Assembly: GCF_000143415.4 (NCBI RefSeq)
Contig: NW_003314380.1
Span: 144,924-208,923, forward strand
DNA length: 64,000 bases
Source of the DNA: Selaginella moellendorffii
Lineage: Eukaryota; Plantae; Lycopodiophyta
Direction of reading: 5' to 3'
Shown here: positions 22,986 to 34,868 of the stretch, piece by piece
Numbering within the stretch: the first letter of the stretch is position 1
Layout of the letters: the number at the start of each line of letters is the position of its first letter
Notes under the pieces: generated by a model
The model's input: the letters and a program-made list of their open reading frames with translations, nothing else
Database searches by the model: none
What the model was told of the DNA's origin: nothing
Made by a program: the position numbers and the translations under genes

Positions 22986-23296
22986 CCTTTTGTACCTGCA
23001 AAGAAGCTTGAAACGCGTGTCAAGAAAAGCTTTCAGTCAAAAAGCCTCTCCGACGTCTTGTCATACAGCTTTGATCGTCGGAAAGTCTCTACTCCTTCCA
23101 GATAGCGTTCTCTCAAGCGGTTCATGCCACACGCCCAAACTCTTTGAAGTCGGACCATATGTGCTGGACCATCATCTCCTGAGAACATACGATCCACTAC
23201 TTCGGCTTTGTTACTTAATATCTTTTAGAGACATTTGCGTCCATCGCACTGCTTCTCACAAAGTTCAGCATAGCCTTTGAAGAACGATCCAGCAGC
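22985..23296 (-). pseudogene. Degenerate duplicate of the NB-ARC-ARM 3' end (matches about 25470-25848)
   Basis: Collinear blocks tcttgtcatacag, ccttccagatagcg, tgtgctggaccatcatc, gagaacatacgatccactac, gcgtccatcgcactgctt and gatccagcagc, with many short deletions. Confidence 0.85.
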
Positions 23297-23963
23297 CACC
23301 GCGCCGATGCCAAGACTTCACCTCCATTTTGCTGGCCTGGTCGAGCTTGATCGCGCTGCCGGAGGTGAGGAGCATCCACAGCTGCGTCCACAAGAGCGGC
23401 TTCCAGCACCACCCTGATGAGCGCCTACGGCAAATGCGGCACCCTCGAGGACGCGTCCCGGATCTTCCTCTACAGCAGCAGCACCAATCCGCTCAACACC
23501 TCCCGCTGGAGCTCGATGATCGCCACCTCGGCCAGGCACGGCTGCGCGTCGGAGGCGGCCACCGGATGCAGCAGCGGGCCGACGACGTAACTCTGCTGTG
23601 CGTCCTCGCAGCTTGCAGCCACGGCCAAGGCCGAGTTCTTCGTCTCGATGATCCACGACTACCACGTTGGCCGGACGGACGACCACTGCTCTCGCATGGA
23701 AGGCTGGAGGATGCCGAGGAGCTCATTCGCAAGATGCCGTTTCAAGCTGCGGCGTCGGTGCGGATGATGCTGCTGGGAGCTTGTAGAACTCAAGGGATCT
23801 TCCTCGAGTAAAGGAGGCCAGTGCCAGGTGTCCGGTATCAGCCCCGCCAAGCACAGAGTTATATAGTGCTCTCCAATGTCTACGCGGAGAGTGGAACTAA
23901 ACAAGAGCACAGGTGTTCGCGAACGAGTTGCTTAGCTCAGGGAAAAAGAATGAGAAGTACCTG
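23296..23963 (+). pseudogene. Frameshifted duplicate of the 3' end of the PPR gene at 14122-16743 (matches 16019-16763)
   Basis: High identity to 16019-16763, including the stop codon and 3' flank, with multiple small deletions that break the frame. Confidence 0.92.
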
Positions 23964-23986
23964 TGAGCGCTTGTTATAAGCTTTGC

Positions 23987-24981
23987 TTACTGAGGATCGC
24001 TGTGGGGACTACCAGGAAGAGATGAGGTTTTTTTGATTGGATAAGGAGCAGTCGATGCGCATCTGGTGGAGAAGAAGAGAAAGAAATGACTTCTTTTATC
24101 TGGCTGGCAAGAAAAAATGAACGAAGCAACTAGTTACCTTTCTTTTCTCTTCTCCAGGAACCTTTGGAGAGAGGCTTTTCTAGCTTGTGGCAGTGCTGCG
24201 CAGTGATGAAACGTTTGGAGCTTGAAATAGCGAAGCAAGAATTTACCTGAACATTTTGAGTTTGACGAGGAGCTCTGGGATATGTTGTTGGCGGAGAGCA
24301 GTAGATTTACTGCAGCGGCGGCTGTTTCCGAGCTACCAGATGCCACGCTCCCGGCCAGAAGCATTATAGCTTGAGCCTAGAACATACAGTGGTCAAGAAA
24401 ATCGAAATAGAGTAAGAAGCAAAACTTACCTTATCGATAGGCATGCTTTCGTACACGGCCACTTTGCCATCGTATAACATTGTAAACTCTCCAGAGAACG
24501 CTGGCTGTTTTGGTGTTGGAGGCGACGAAGACGACGACGGCGGTCCGAGAGAAAGTGAAAGATCACCCGTCTTATCCGTGTTATGCGGAAGATTTGGAGT
24601 GAGCTTTAGAAGCACGCTCTGGCCTTGATTTTCAGTTGTTTTGTAATGGCTCCAAGGGCGAAGAGACCATCTTCCAGGATTACAAACGCCTGCAACGGTG
24701 AGAATAAGCGTCCAAAGGGCAGAAATTTCTGAAAGCTTACCAGCGGTCATGTAGCTTTGCATGAATCCAAATCCCTGTCTGGAACTCAACGCGTGCTCCG
24801 CATTGCGGCTACTGGATGCGCTTCCAAACGCTGCAGCGAGTTGGAAACCTGTCTGCCTGCTCATCTGCTGGAGTCGGGAAAGAGAAGCTGCTTCACCATC
24901 TCCATCCAATTGGAGAGAAACTCGAGAACCATTTGCCGCTCCACCGGAGAGATCTCTCGTCGATTCCATACCACTGGCCAT
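23987..24981 (-). CDS. JAZ: JAZ/TIFY jasmonate-signalling repressor; 5' end uncertain (upstream exons possible)
   Basis: ZIM domain EFTMLYDGKVAVYESMPIDK|AQAIMLLAG. Jas motif LPQARKASLQRFLEKRKER|CASTAPY, split by the conserved phase-2 Jas intron (donor 24137). Stop at 23987. Confidence 0.88.
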
Positions 24982-25526
24982 TGCAAACACCTCGCCTGCT
25001 AAAGCTTCAACTAGGTAGTATCTCCCCCCAGTTTATGTCTCGAACAACGACCAGACCTGGAAATCTGAGAGAGTACAGGGACTGCCTTTCTTTTGAGGAA
25101 CATCCATAGCCAGATGTGTGGTGCGGATCACTTTGAAGTTCAAAGGCTATACAGATGTGCGCAGACGTAGACGGGTGAATGTCCTCATGTACAAACAAGA
25201 AAATAATTCACTGACCTGAGGGTACCACATGCTTATACGCTCACAAAATTCACAGCACACGATCGTCGTAATCAAAGCAATCCATGCTTTCCCCGTGCCA
25301 TCAACATCGCATGTCTGTAAGGAAATTCACAAGAAAACAAAAGTCAGAACCGCTTAAATAGTTGTAATGGGAAACATACCTACAACCACGTTGTGCCCAC
25401 CGCGGCAAGCTCGGAAACAACTCTGAAAATAAGTGCCACTCTCGTCGCATAAACAACTCAATAAAGCTCGGTACCTTTCTTTGCAAAAGCGCTTGTCCAG
25501 CTTGAAACGAGTGTCGAGGAACACAC

Positions 25527-27913
25527 TTATGCCAGAGAAAAGCTGTCGTCGAAGAACGCTGCATGCCTCTCCGGCATCTTGTCATACAGGTTTGATCGCC
25601 GGAAAGTGTCGACGATGGTTGATCCTCCTTCCAGATAGCGCTCTCTTAAGACGTTGAGCTCCTTCATGCCGCACCCCGCAAACTCGTCAAAGTCGGATCT
25701 GATGTGCTGGACCATCATCGCCCCCAGGCCCGCCGAGAACATACGATCCACTACGTCCTGTCCACCGGCTTCGGCGATCGCAATCAAAGCGTCCATCGCA
25801 CTGCTTCCCACAAAGTTCCGCGTGGTCTTTGAAGAAGGATCCAGCAGCTTAACCAGCTCGTCGATGGGCATAATTCGCAGAGTTTCTTGAGCGTTCTCGG
25901 CAGCGGAAATAAACGTTGCCAGCTTCTTCAAGACGTGAACCATGCTCGACAGTGAGTCATCGTCGGGCTTCAGAAGTTGCCGGATATGATGAATTATTCC
26001 AGTGTCTATAAAACTGCTCAAGTTGTACTCCCAGTCGCTTGGAGTATAGTAGTTTGCGATGAAGCGGAGAGCCGACTGTGCTGCCTTTCCTCCGGGAACA
26101 AGTTCCGGAATAAGTCTCGGGATCCCGGGCCCCAGAAGTAGAACGAATGACTGGCTAGTCTCCGACCAGTCTTGATACGTCTTGCAAAGGGAGCACAGGT
26201 TTATAGTCGCGTCGAAAACGCTAGCCTGTAGAGCTTCGTTCCTTGACCCGAGGATCCTGAGAAGAGCATCCCCTGCCATTTTTCTCGGTCTTTCTTTCCC
26301 GTATCTATAAAGCCACGGAGCTACTGTGGCTAGCTCTATGGAGGAGTCCGGAAGTTTCAGGAGTTCCAAGCGTTCGTGGTCTTTCTCGGCAAGGTAGAGA
26401 GCGACCATGTCGTGAATAATGTAGCTGTAGGACGACTTATGCTTGCCGATCAAAGAGCCTTTCAGAAGAGCACCTATAGCCAGCCGAAAAGTTCCTTGCA
26501 GCCCAAGAGCACGCCACATTTCTTCGAGACATGGCTCTGGAATTGGTTCCACCCATGATAGTGCAGCAAAAGCGGTGAAAAACTCCCTCGTCTCCTTTTC
26601 CATCGCCTTCAGGCTAAACTCGAGGGAACCAAACACAGTAGCGGCGTTTGATACGTCGTAGTCCATGAGATCCTTGTTTGGAACAGGGGCTCGGCTGGCA
26701 TAAATCGAAAGATCGTTAATTGCCTGAAGCCATTGCTCGTGCCTGGATTCTCCTTCCAGAGCCTGACCGATCACAGTGACTGTGAGAGGATGATGTCCGC
26801 AACGATGTAGGAGTTCGTCAGCAAGTTCCTGAGAATACTCGTTAACAGCCGAAAGATTAAAAGGAAAAACTATACTTGTACCGGTAAGTCTTGCACTTGG
26901 CTGTGGTGCCGTAGGATTTCTTTTCCAACTTGAGCGACGTCTTCCTTCGTTACCTCCACTTTGTCAACGTCACTCGAAACCATCGCATATAGCCTTGTTG
27001 TCACCAGGTACTTACACTGATTCCCCTGGAGTTTCATGAACCGGATCACCACGTCTGCCTCCCACACATCGTCAACGATGATCAAGTAGTTCTTCTCCTT
27101 GAGCGTCTCCTCTAAGATAACGAAGGCTTCTTTCAAGCTTATGCCGTCGAGGTCGTGCTTCTTATAGCCCAGCTGCGTCCGTAGGAGGTGAACAATCTTC
27201 TCAGCAAAGTCTTTCTGGTACTCTTTAGTGTTGTTTCCCAATGCAGCTCTGCTACACCCATAGCCAAGCAAAACTTTCAAGCTGCCGTCTACGAATCTCG
27301 TTGGCAGAGAGCTTGCTCCCACAAAATGAGCAAGCGATGACTTCCCGATACCAGAGAGGCCGTGCACGAGGACAACCTTGTGAGGGCTGCTCGCGAGAAG
27401 ATCGCACACCTCCTGGACTTTAGAGCGCAATGGCTGGTAGCCATCCTCTGGTTGCAAAGTTAAGTAAGATGGTAGTCCTTGAGCGTACCTCTCCATGGCC
27501 TCTTCGATGCTGACTGGAACATTTTGCTGCTCAAACCATTTCTGCAGCTGGGATTCCATGGAGTATGCGATTCTCAGCAGCTCGTCCCCGACAGCTGCTG
27601 ACCAGCAGCACGCCATGACCCGTGTCAATCCTTTCCTGGAAGTGAGCCTCTCGGCCTTTCCTACCTCAGTGCTAAACTCCTGGACAAGCTCACGTAAATC
27701 TCGAAGCCTGGCCCGAAACTCGTCATTGTGAAGCTTGTTCGCGTACTTCTTCTCTGTCTTGGTCACGGAGCTCTCTAGCTGGGTCACTAACCTCTTCAAG
27801 TTCTGAAAGTTCGATGGCGCCTCATCTAGATTCACAGACGCGTCCTTGAGAGCCTTCACACCTTGAATGAAGCTTGTGATGACGCTGCTTGCGAGCACTG
27901 CCGCGTCCGCCAT
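25527..27913 (-). CDS. NB-ARC protein with N-terminal helical bundle and C-terminal ARM-like helical region, no LRR (resembles the rice RLS1-type NB-ARM family)
   Basis: P-loop VHGLSGIGKS, kinase-2 LIIVDDVW, RNBS-B KYLVTTR, GLPL-equivalent CGHHPLTV and MHD-equivalent IHD. Intron 26829-26881 joins the 347-aa and 415-aa ORFs in frame. Confidence 0.85.
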
Positions 27914-27932
27914 CGCTCAGGAGCTCTTGCAT

Positions 27933-28808
27933 CTACCGGAAACTCGGGGGGCTTCGACGAAATGACGCTGCCTTGGTTGACCCATGTACGGTAGAGACTA
28001 GCCAGCCGTCCAAAACTCCTTGGCGCAAGCCTTTCCTGCGTTTTCTTCCAGCTCTCGGGCATACCCAGCCACCACCCTCGAGACTATCTTCTTCGGGTGA
28101 AGGATCAATTCGTGTTGCATGACTATCGTTACTGTCGTGGTTTTTCTCTCCCCTTCGCATCATCCCCGTCACTAGATCCGACTTATCGTTCTTGCCTCGA
28201 GTATCCACCACTTCCTCTAACTCGGCCTCATTTACTACCATGATTCCGTGCGAGCAATCCTTTGCTTGAGTTTCCACCACTCCCACTACATCCGGTCTGT
28301 GTTCGTCGAGAGTTTTTAAAGCTTTTGCATCGTCAATCGCTTCCAAGCTAGCTCGGCTACTATCTGGATTTTTCGCACCAGTCGCCTAGAACAAAAACAT
28401 AAAGAGAAAACTTAGAAGCAACACAAACACACAAGAACCTCATACCTGTGAGTAAGTGTCCTCCTTTTGTAGGCCTGGACCACTAGTCTCTTTTTCTTTT
28501 TCTTTTTCTTCTTCTTCTTCGGAATTGCCAGGATCGGTAAAATCTCTCCGCAAGCACTCTCGATCATCTTCTATTTCCTCGTCGTCTATCTGTTCCTCCC
28601 TACTTCCTGCAGGGATTTCTAGCAAATTCTTGTTCGAAGAGTGTGATTGTCCTCTATCTCCCTCAAAATCTTGCGAATAATCTAGAGAAGAAGCCACATT
28701 GTAGCGAGGAGGCGAGAATAGATCTATCAAGGCCTCCGTGCCAAGGCATGAAAGAGGATCGCGGAGATATCTCTCATCTGTGAATCCAGAAATGCTATCC
28801 GGCTCCAT
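27933..28808 (-). CDS. Acidic, low-complexity protein of unknown function, 2 exons
   Basis: ATG at 28808. GT-AG intron 28386-28445 joins the two ORFs in frame. E/D-rich with no recognisable domain. Confidence 0.55.
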
Positions 28809-28987
28809 ATTTCCGTCGATCCTAGCTCAACATACGGGTAAAACGATCACTGCTTGGGCGCCATTCTCTTCCTCTACGCGAAGAGCCCTACAACGCTATG
28901 TCAGTACGTGGCACAATCCCACTGGCTTATTTGGGGTTTATCACTTTTTTAGGGTTCATAGGGTTAGGGTTTAAGGTAGCGCCCACA
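28809..28987. promoter_or_regulatory. Putative bidirectional promoter with telo-box
   Basis: 179 bp between divergent ATGs. TAGGGTTT (telo-box reverse complement) at 28965-28972, with adjacent TAGGGTT copies. Confidence 0.5.
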
Positions 28988-31082
28988 ATGCTCAAGCAGG
29001 TGATTGCGCGCGGCGTTATACAATCCGCGCCGATCTTGCTGCGACGATCCACATTCGCGCGAAACCTCTCCCAGTCTGCCGGTAAGATCAAGAATGCGCA
29101 TTTTTCTTCCGCGATTTCACAGGCATGCTCACACTTCCCAGCTGCATTGCAAGAGCCGGCGGCAGCGGCAGTGGACAAGAATGCGGCGATTCGCGAGGAG
29201 AGGATTTTGCGCATGGAGGCCTATGTCCGCAAGTAAGCTCCGTTTTTTTTCTAGAATCTGGAGAATGTAGCTAAACGTTTCGTTAGGCATTGGGCCGAGA
29301 AAGGATGTCTTCCAAAAGCTTACATCCTGACAAAACAGTTTGGCGGAGCTAGAACAATCGCCCCCAAGGTGCTGGAACGCCTAGAGCCGGAGCTAAATAA
29401 GAACGGCGTTCCGGACGCTGCTGCTAGTTCTAAGCCAGCGACGGCTTCCAAGTCATCGCCAGCTTCAACGCAAAAGGCTTCTAGCGACGGTCCAGCCAAC
29501 ATGAGTGTAGCAACTTCGACTTCTCATATTGCGGCTAGTACTCCCTCTCCTGGTTCAAGCACGCCGTTAAGCTCCAAAGCGACGAGTTCAGAAACAGGCG
29601 TGAAGGATCAGGGAAAGAAGGAGGTCCAAGCAGCAGCGGAAGTAAAAGAACCGGCCTTCAGTTTGTGGGAGAAGCTCCACAGCATTGCATCGGCGAAAGC
29701 GACTCCAACGCGTCCGTCTCAAGCGCCATCGGCTCGGCCTGCTATCACGCCGCCGCCGCCTCCAAGGCAGTCAGCTGCATGTGACTCAACTGAAGAAGAC
29801 GATAGCGAAAGTGAGAGCAGCGACAGTGAGGTGGATTTGCCGGCGGGGTCCGAGGACAAGAATCCAGCACAACCTTTGTTTCGAAGTGATTTGCAACCGA
29901 GGCATGGATTATACATAAAGTTCCTCGCTCCTCAAGCGACAGAGTCGGATGTCAAGGCCGCTTTTCGGAGCTGTGGAGACATTCATAGGATCCAAATCGT
30001 TCGAAGTCGAAATCCTGGCGCAAAGTACATCTATGGTTTTGTGGATTTCACGGTAAGTACTATAGAAGCTCCACGCTTTTGTTCTAATCATTCAACTTAT
30101 TGACAGACTGAAGAGGCACTGAACTCTGCGCTGAAAAAGGAGATCATTATCAGGGGCATCAAAGTTCAAACCGAAACTTCAAAGAACGGAGCTCCGAAAG
30201 AGAAACAACAGAAGCAAGAGTCTGACTCGGACGATGACGCTGCAAAGTCGAACAAAAACAAAACAAGCTTAGCAGTTACAAAGACTATGGACGATCTGGC
30301 CTTGCCCCCCGAAAAGAGGCGATGCACTCTAGCCCTCGAGAGCATACCGCATGCAAGCCTTCCTCAGATCATCGATGCCTTGGGGCAGTATGGAGAAGTC
30401 GTCAACTCACAGACAAAGCATAGCTCTGGCGGAAACACGACTGCGTACGTTGAATTCAAGGTACTTTTGTCTGCCATTCTTTCTATCCGACTTGCTGGAG
30501 CCTTACACCTGTTCTTTTCGTTTTTGTTGCAGAGCGAGATAGAAAAGGATACCGCTTTGGCAGCTTCTAAAGTGATCCTTGGTGGGAAATCCCTGAAACT
30601 GACCAGAGTCGATATTCCTCTAACGACAGTAGTAAGGCTATCTAATATCCCAGCAGATGCACGTGAAAAGATCGCGAGCAGCTATAAATCTTACGGACAA
30701 GTCGACAAGGTTGATCCCCGGATGGATGGCGTCGTGGACATTTATTACAGTGCGTCTGAGATCAAAAACATGGCGAAAATCCTGGACAAGTAAGGCTTTT
30801 TCTATTTGTTTGTGCGTGCGTTTGCTTCGATTTGCTAATGTGCGTTGTCTGCTCAGGTTGAACGGATTGCACGTAAGTAGAAGAAAGCTGCGAGCGATGC
30901 CTGCTCCAATAAGCTATCCAAAAACAATGGCGGAGCTCGCTGGTACGCCGCAGGGATTGAAGTGGCTCGAGTCGCAAAGGGAGCTCGTGAGGAAGAACTT
31001 GGAGATCTCTCTTGCGAAAGCAGCCATGTATAGCCGGGATTTCGAGCAGCTCCTCACGACGACGTCAGTTCCAGCCAAGTAG
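28988..31082 (+). CDS. Multi-RRM RNA-binding protein with probable organellar (mitochondrial-type) transit peptide, multi-exon
   Basis: Arg/Ser-rich, acid-free N-terminus MLKQVIARGVIQSAPILLRRSTFARNLS. RRM1 GLYIKFL...YGFVDFT, RRM2 LALESIP...AYVEFK, RRM3-like VVRLSNIP. Short GT-AG introns. Confidence 0.75.
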
Positions 31083-31944
31083 ATCGCCTCCAATTGAGTC
31101 AAGGTATAGAAAAACGCTCGAGATTTTTTGTTCTTTCTTCCTCTTTGTCTTGGAAGTTTGCTCGCCATAAATCCGGGCTTGCAGGTAGTGGAGCAAGCAA
31201 TCAATCGAACGCAGACACTGACCACGAAGTAAATCGAGAAGAGTTTTTTTTTTTTGTCCTTTAAATTGCTCTAAAGTTTTGGCGTCTTTTTAAGCTGCGC
31301 ATCGAAGAGCTATTAGAAGAGAAGAATGTGATAGCAACCTTTGCAAGATAAATCGTTTTCAAAGGTATGATAGTCGTCGGAACCATATAGTCGTCTTTAA
31401 ATATGTGGAGGTATCTATCCCATGGTCAGTCCAGTATGTAGTGTACCGCATGAGTTATATCTCGTGGCACTATTCATCTTAGTATTCCTGGTTTTGAGTT
31501 ATTGGCGGACGTGTACCGGCGGGTACCGACGTTTAGTTTGCTCTGGTTAACATGGTAAAAATAGTTTCAGTTTCTCTTAAGTCGGCCTGGGTAAATGTAG
31601 ATTTCTTTCTTAAGAATGGGACTGACAAATCTGCCATGGCAGCAGTTCCCACAGGTATGGCTCTACATGACTTTCAAATTTCCAAGGATTAGTCTTAAGC
31701 AATCATATTTGATTAGTTGTTTGAAGAACAATATAGTTGCGGTGCAGCTAGAAAGCGACTGATTTTGATTTTGGATCCTAAGCATGGGGCGTTCGTATAA
31801 TACAGGATCGTTTACGGTCTACGATACGGCGTTTCTGGCGGTCACGGGCCCTGTGCATAGCTATGCCTGGTGGGGAATTAGTTTTCTAGGTAGAGTAGGG
31901 TTTGGACCGATCGACCCTGCGCATCTTCGGCATTTCGAGCGCGA

Positions 31945-33621
31945 ATGGGATCGGTGGATGGAGATTATTGTGTAGAATCGAAGAAATCGGCAGTGGCGGG
32001 GGGAGGATCGAGCGCCACGGCCACGGCGGCGGCGAGCAGAGGCGCGCGGCGGAGCCTGGCCAAGGATCTCAAGGATCAAGAGCCCTACTCCCCGCGGCTC
32101 TTCACCAAGAAGCAGCTGCTCCTCCTCCAGCAGCAGCGGCAGTACCAGTTCTTGGAAGATCATCATCGCCAGCAGCATTCCCAGCAGCAGCAGCAAGCGC
32201 CAGTCAATCTTCTCAACTCGAGAAGGGTTTATCCCTCTTCCTCCTCCTCCAGGCAGCTCCTCCTGCGCAATGCGGCGGATTTCGACAGCTCCAGCCATGG
32301 ATCACCGCTCGTTCTTCCCCGCAAGGTCCCCAAGAAGATGGTCGTGGATGAGAAGCAGCTGGCCATGAAGCTCCTCCGGGCAAGGAATCTCGTCTCTTGC
32401 TCCTCCACCTCTTCCTCTTCTTCCTCGTCGGAGAATGCATCGCTCAGGGCATCGGCCGAGGGTGGGGATATTTTGCCCAGATCCTCGCTCGATATTCCGA
32501 GGAGGAGCTTGCTATCGGGCTATGGCGGCGCTAGAAGCCAGCAGATTCACTCCCTCGTCCGCCAAAAATCAGTGTCCTCCAGTAGCAGCAGCCTAGAGAA
32601 CGCCGGCGCCGAGGAGAAGATCAAGGCATTGTCGAGCGGGACGATGGTGATGTCTTGCTCGGGGCGGAGCTCCGACGCCGAGGAGAGCACCAGTGGCAGC
32701 AGCGTGGTGAGGATGATCATGGGAAGAAATGGAAATGGTGGATATGCGAGGAGAGCGCACCACCACATCCCCCCTACTGCTCCTCCAGCGCCACCTCCAG
32801 TGGCTCCAATGCTCTTGCGATCGGCGTCGTGTTCTTCCGCGATGTCGAGCTCTTCCAGCTTGAGCAAACTGGTAAGGTTGAAAGCCGCGGATATGGGCGT
32901 GACGATGCAAGAGCACGCCTTCTACTGCGCGAACCAGGTGCTGGACGCCATGGACAAGCTGCATTGTAAGAGAGTGGCTTGGACGCTCAAGAAGGTATGC
33001 TCTTTTTCTTTATGTTCTTCGTGTGTTCTTCCCATTCTCGAGTCAGTGCGTGGATTAGTTCTTAAGAGTTGTTTGCATCATGTCGACTGCATTTTTTTTT
33101 CCTCGCTCTCTGTTGTGCTCTCTGGCATTGTTCTTCATTCAAACGATCGCCTTCTTGTGCGATTCTTTGACGTTTTCTTTTCCCTTCTTTTCTTTTGTGT
33201 TCCAGAGTTTTTGGCTGCTTTCGATTGCACTTTGGTATTCTCGCTCCATTGTTTATTTCTCTCCAGATTCTCAGTCTTGCGATCATCAGTCGTGTTTAAT
33301 TACTGGGCTCTCTCTCTCTCTCTCTCTATCGGCGTGTGCGTGTTCATGCGATTCCTTTTTCCTCGGTTGTTTAATGTTTCTGGTCAGATCTTTCTTTTTT
33401 CTCGAGTCTTCGCTCATCGCTTCCCAGTCAAACTTATGCTTTTGCTTTTGTTTTCTTGGTAGGAATTTGACAAGGCATACGGGCCAGCATGGCACTGCAT
33501 TGTGGGGACGAGCTTTGGATCTTATGTGACACACTCGGTCGGTGGCTTCCTCTACTTTTCTATTGGCAAAGTTTCTGTTCTACTTTTCCAAACGGCCGTG
33601 GAACTGATAGAACATCACTGA
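31945..33621 (+). CDS. Dynein light chain type 1 (LC8-like) with long Ser/Gln-rich N-terminal extension
   Basis: [12 protein letters not shown]...LKK|[29 protein letters not shown]. Intron 32995-33462. Stop at 33619-33621. Confidence 0.9.
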
Positions 33622-34329
33622 AGAAGAAGAAGAAAACAGCTCACTCACTCGTTTCCAACAACACCAAGGCAAAAGATAAAAGAAAGGATTTGTTTGAGGA
33701 CAGATTCAGATCATCGCAGGCTTTAACTTTTGCTTCGACTCTTTTTGTTCCAGAGGTTGAAGTTTGAGGCCTGGATCTGGACGTGATCTGGATCGAGAGA
33801 GCGAGCGAGCGAGTGTGGTTTGTTCGTTTCTTTTTCCTAGCTAGGATTGATTGATCTAATCTTGTGTTGGTTCATAGTTTCAGGAAAGCTGTAACCTAAG
33901 AATGTACAGGAAAGAACAGACCCAAGACTTTCGTGTCACATCCTCTCTCGTGTCAACATTGGTTGCAATTTCGACGTCCAACATATCTTGCATCATTCTC
34001 TTCGGTCAGTAAGTCACTTCCGTCAGTCACTCCTTCGATCCTCACTCATGCATGACTAGATTTTTCTTGTCGCTCGGGAAAGCCCAGGAATCTCGAGCGC
34101 GTCATTATCGCCAAGCCAAACTCAACGAGTTTCGCTGAGTCCTGACTGAAAGCACAGTTTCTTAAGTCTCGTCATTCATACGTTTTCGGTCATGATGATC
34201 CTGGTTTTGCTTTGTGTGTTGTTAAGTGTTGCTTGCAAGTTGGTAGTCTAAGCTTATCCGACGAGATCATTGAAACTTCCTCTTGTTATAATCCTGGGAA
34301 AGAATTGTCGCTCCTCGTTTCCAGATCGA

Positions 34330-34832
34330 TCAGACCACGTCCAGCTGTGATTTGTCGCTCAGCCTGCTGGATCCATTCCAGAGCTCGTTAAAGTCGCCTC
34401 TCATCCAGGCGCAGAGCATCACGGGTCCTAAAGTCGACGGTACCTTCCCAAGGATGGAAAAGAAAAAAGATCACCACAGCGCAAGGATGGCGTTGAAAAG
34501 AGATCTTACTTACCAGGTAGAGAAGCGCTGGTTGTGCCGAGTGAGTTAGCAAACCTGCTGCTAAGGCACAGATCAAACCGATGGTATAACCGCACTGAGC
34601 GTACCATGTGTACTTGTGCTGGTTTTTGGGCGACGGTAACTCCGAGCCCCGGGCTTTGGTGCTCTTGCGGTGATCAAAGCACACCACCAGTGCCACCAAC
34701 ATGCCTGGAATTGCCTGAAAGCACAGATCTCTTGTGAGTAGACTAAACAAAAGAAATAAACAAAAGAAAACAAGTCTAGCGATCTTAGAGGAACGAAGAG
34801 CATCAGAAAAGATCCAGAGTCAGAATCCAAGA

Positions 34833-34868
<36 letters not shown>

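Noticed and set aside
28950-28972. TTAGGG/TTTAGGG words as an interstitial telomere
   Set aside because: Only 1-3 scattered copies next to start codons; better explained as telo-box promoter elements.
32995-33462. Hydrophobic C-terminal 155 aa of the 505-aa ORF, resembling a multi-pass membrane domain
   Set aside because: It is the T-rich intron of the dynein light chain gene; splicing restores the canonical LKK|EFD sequence.
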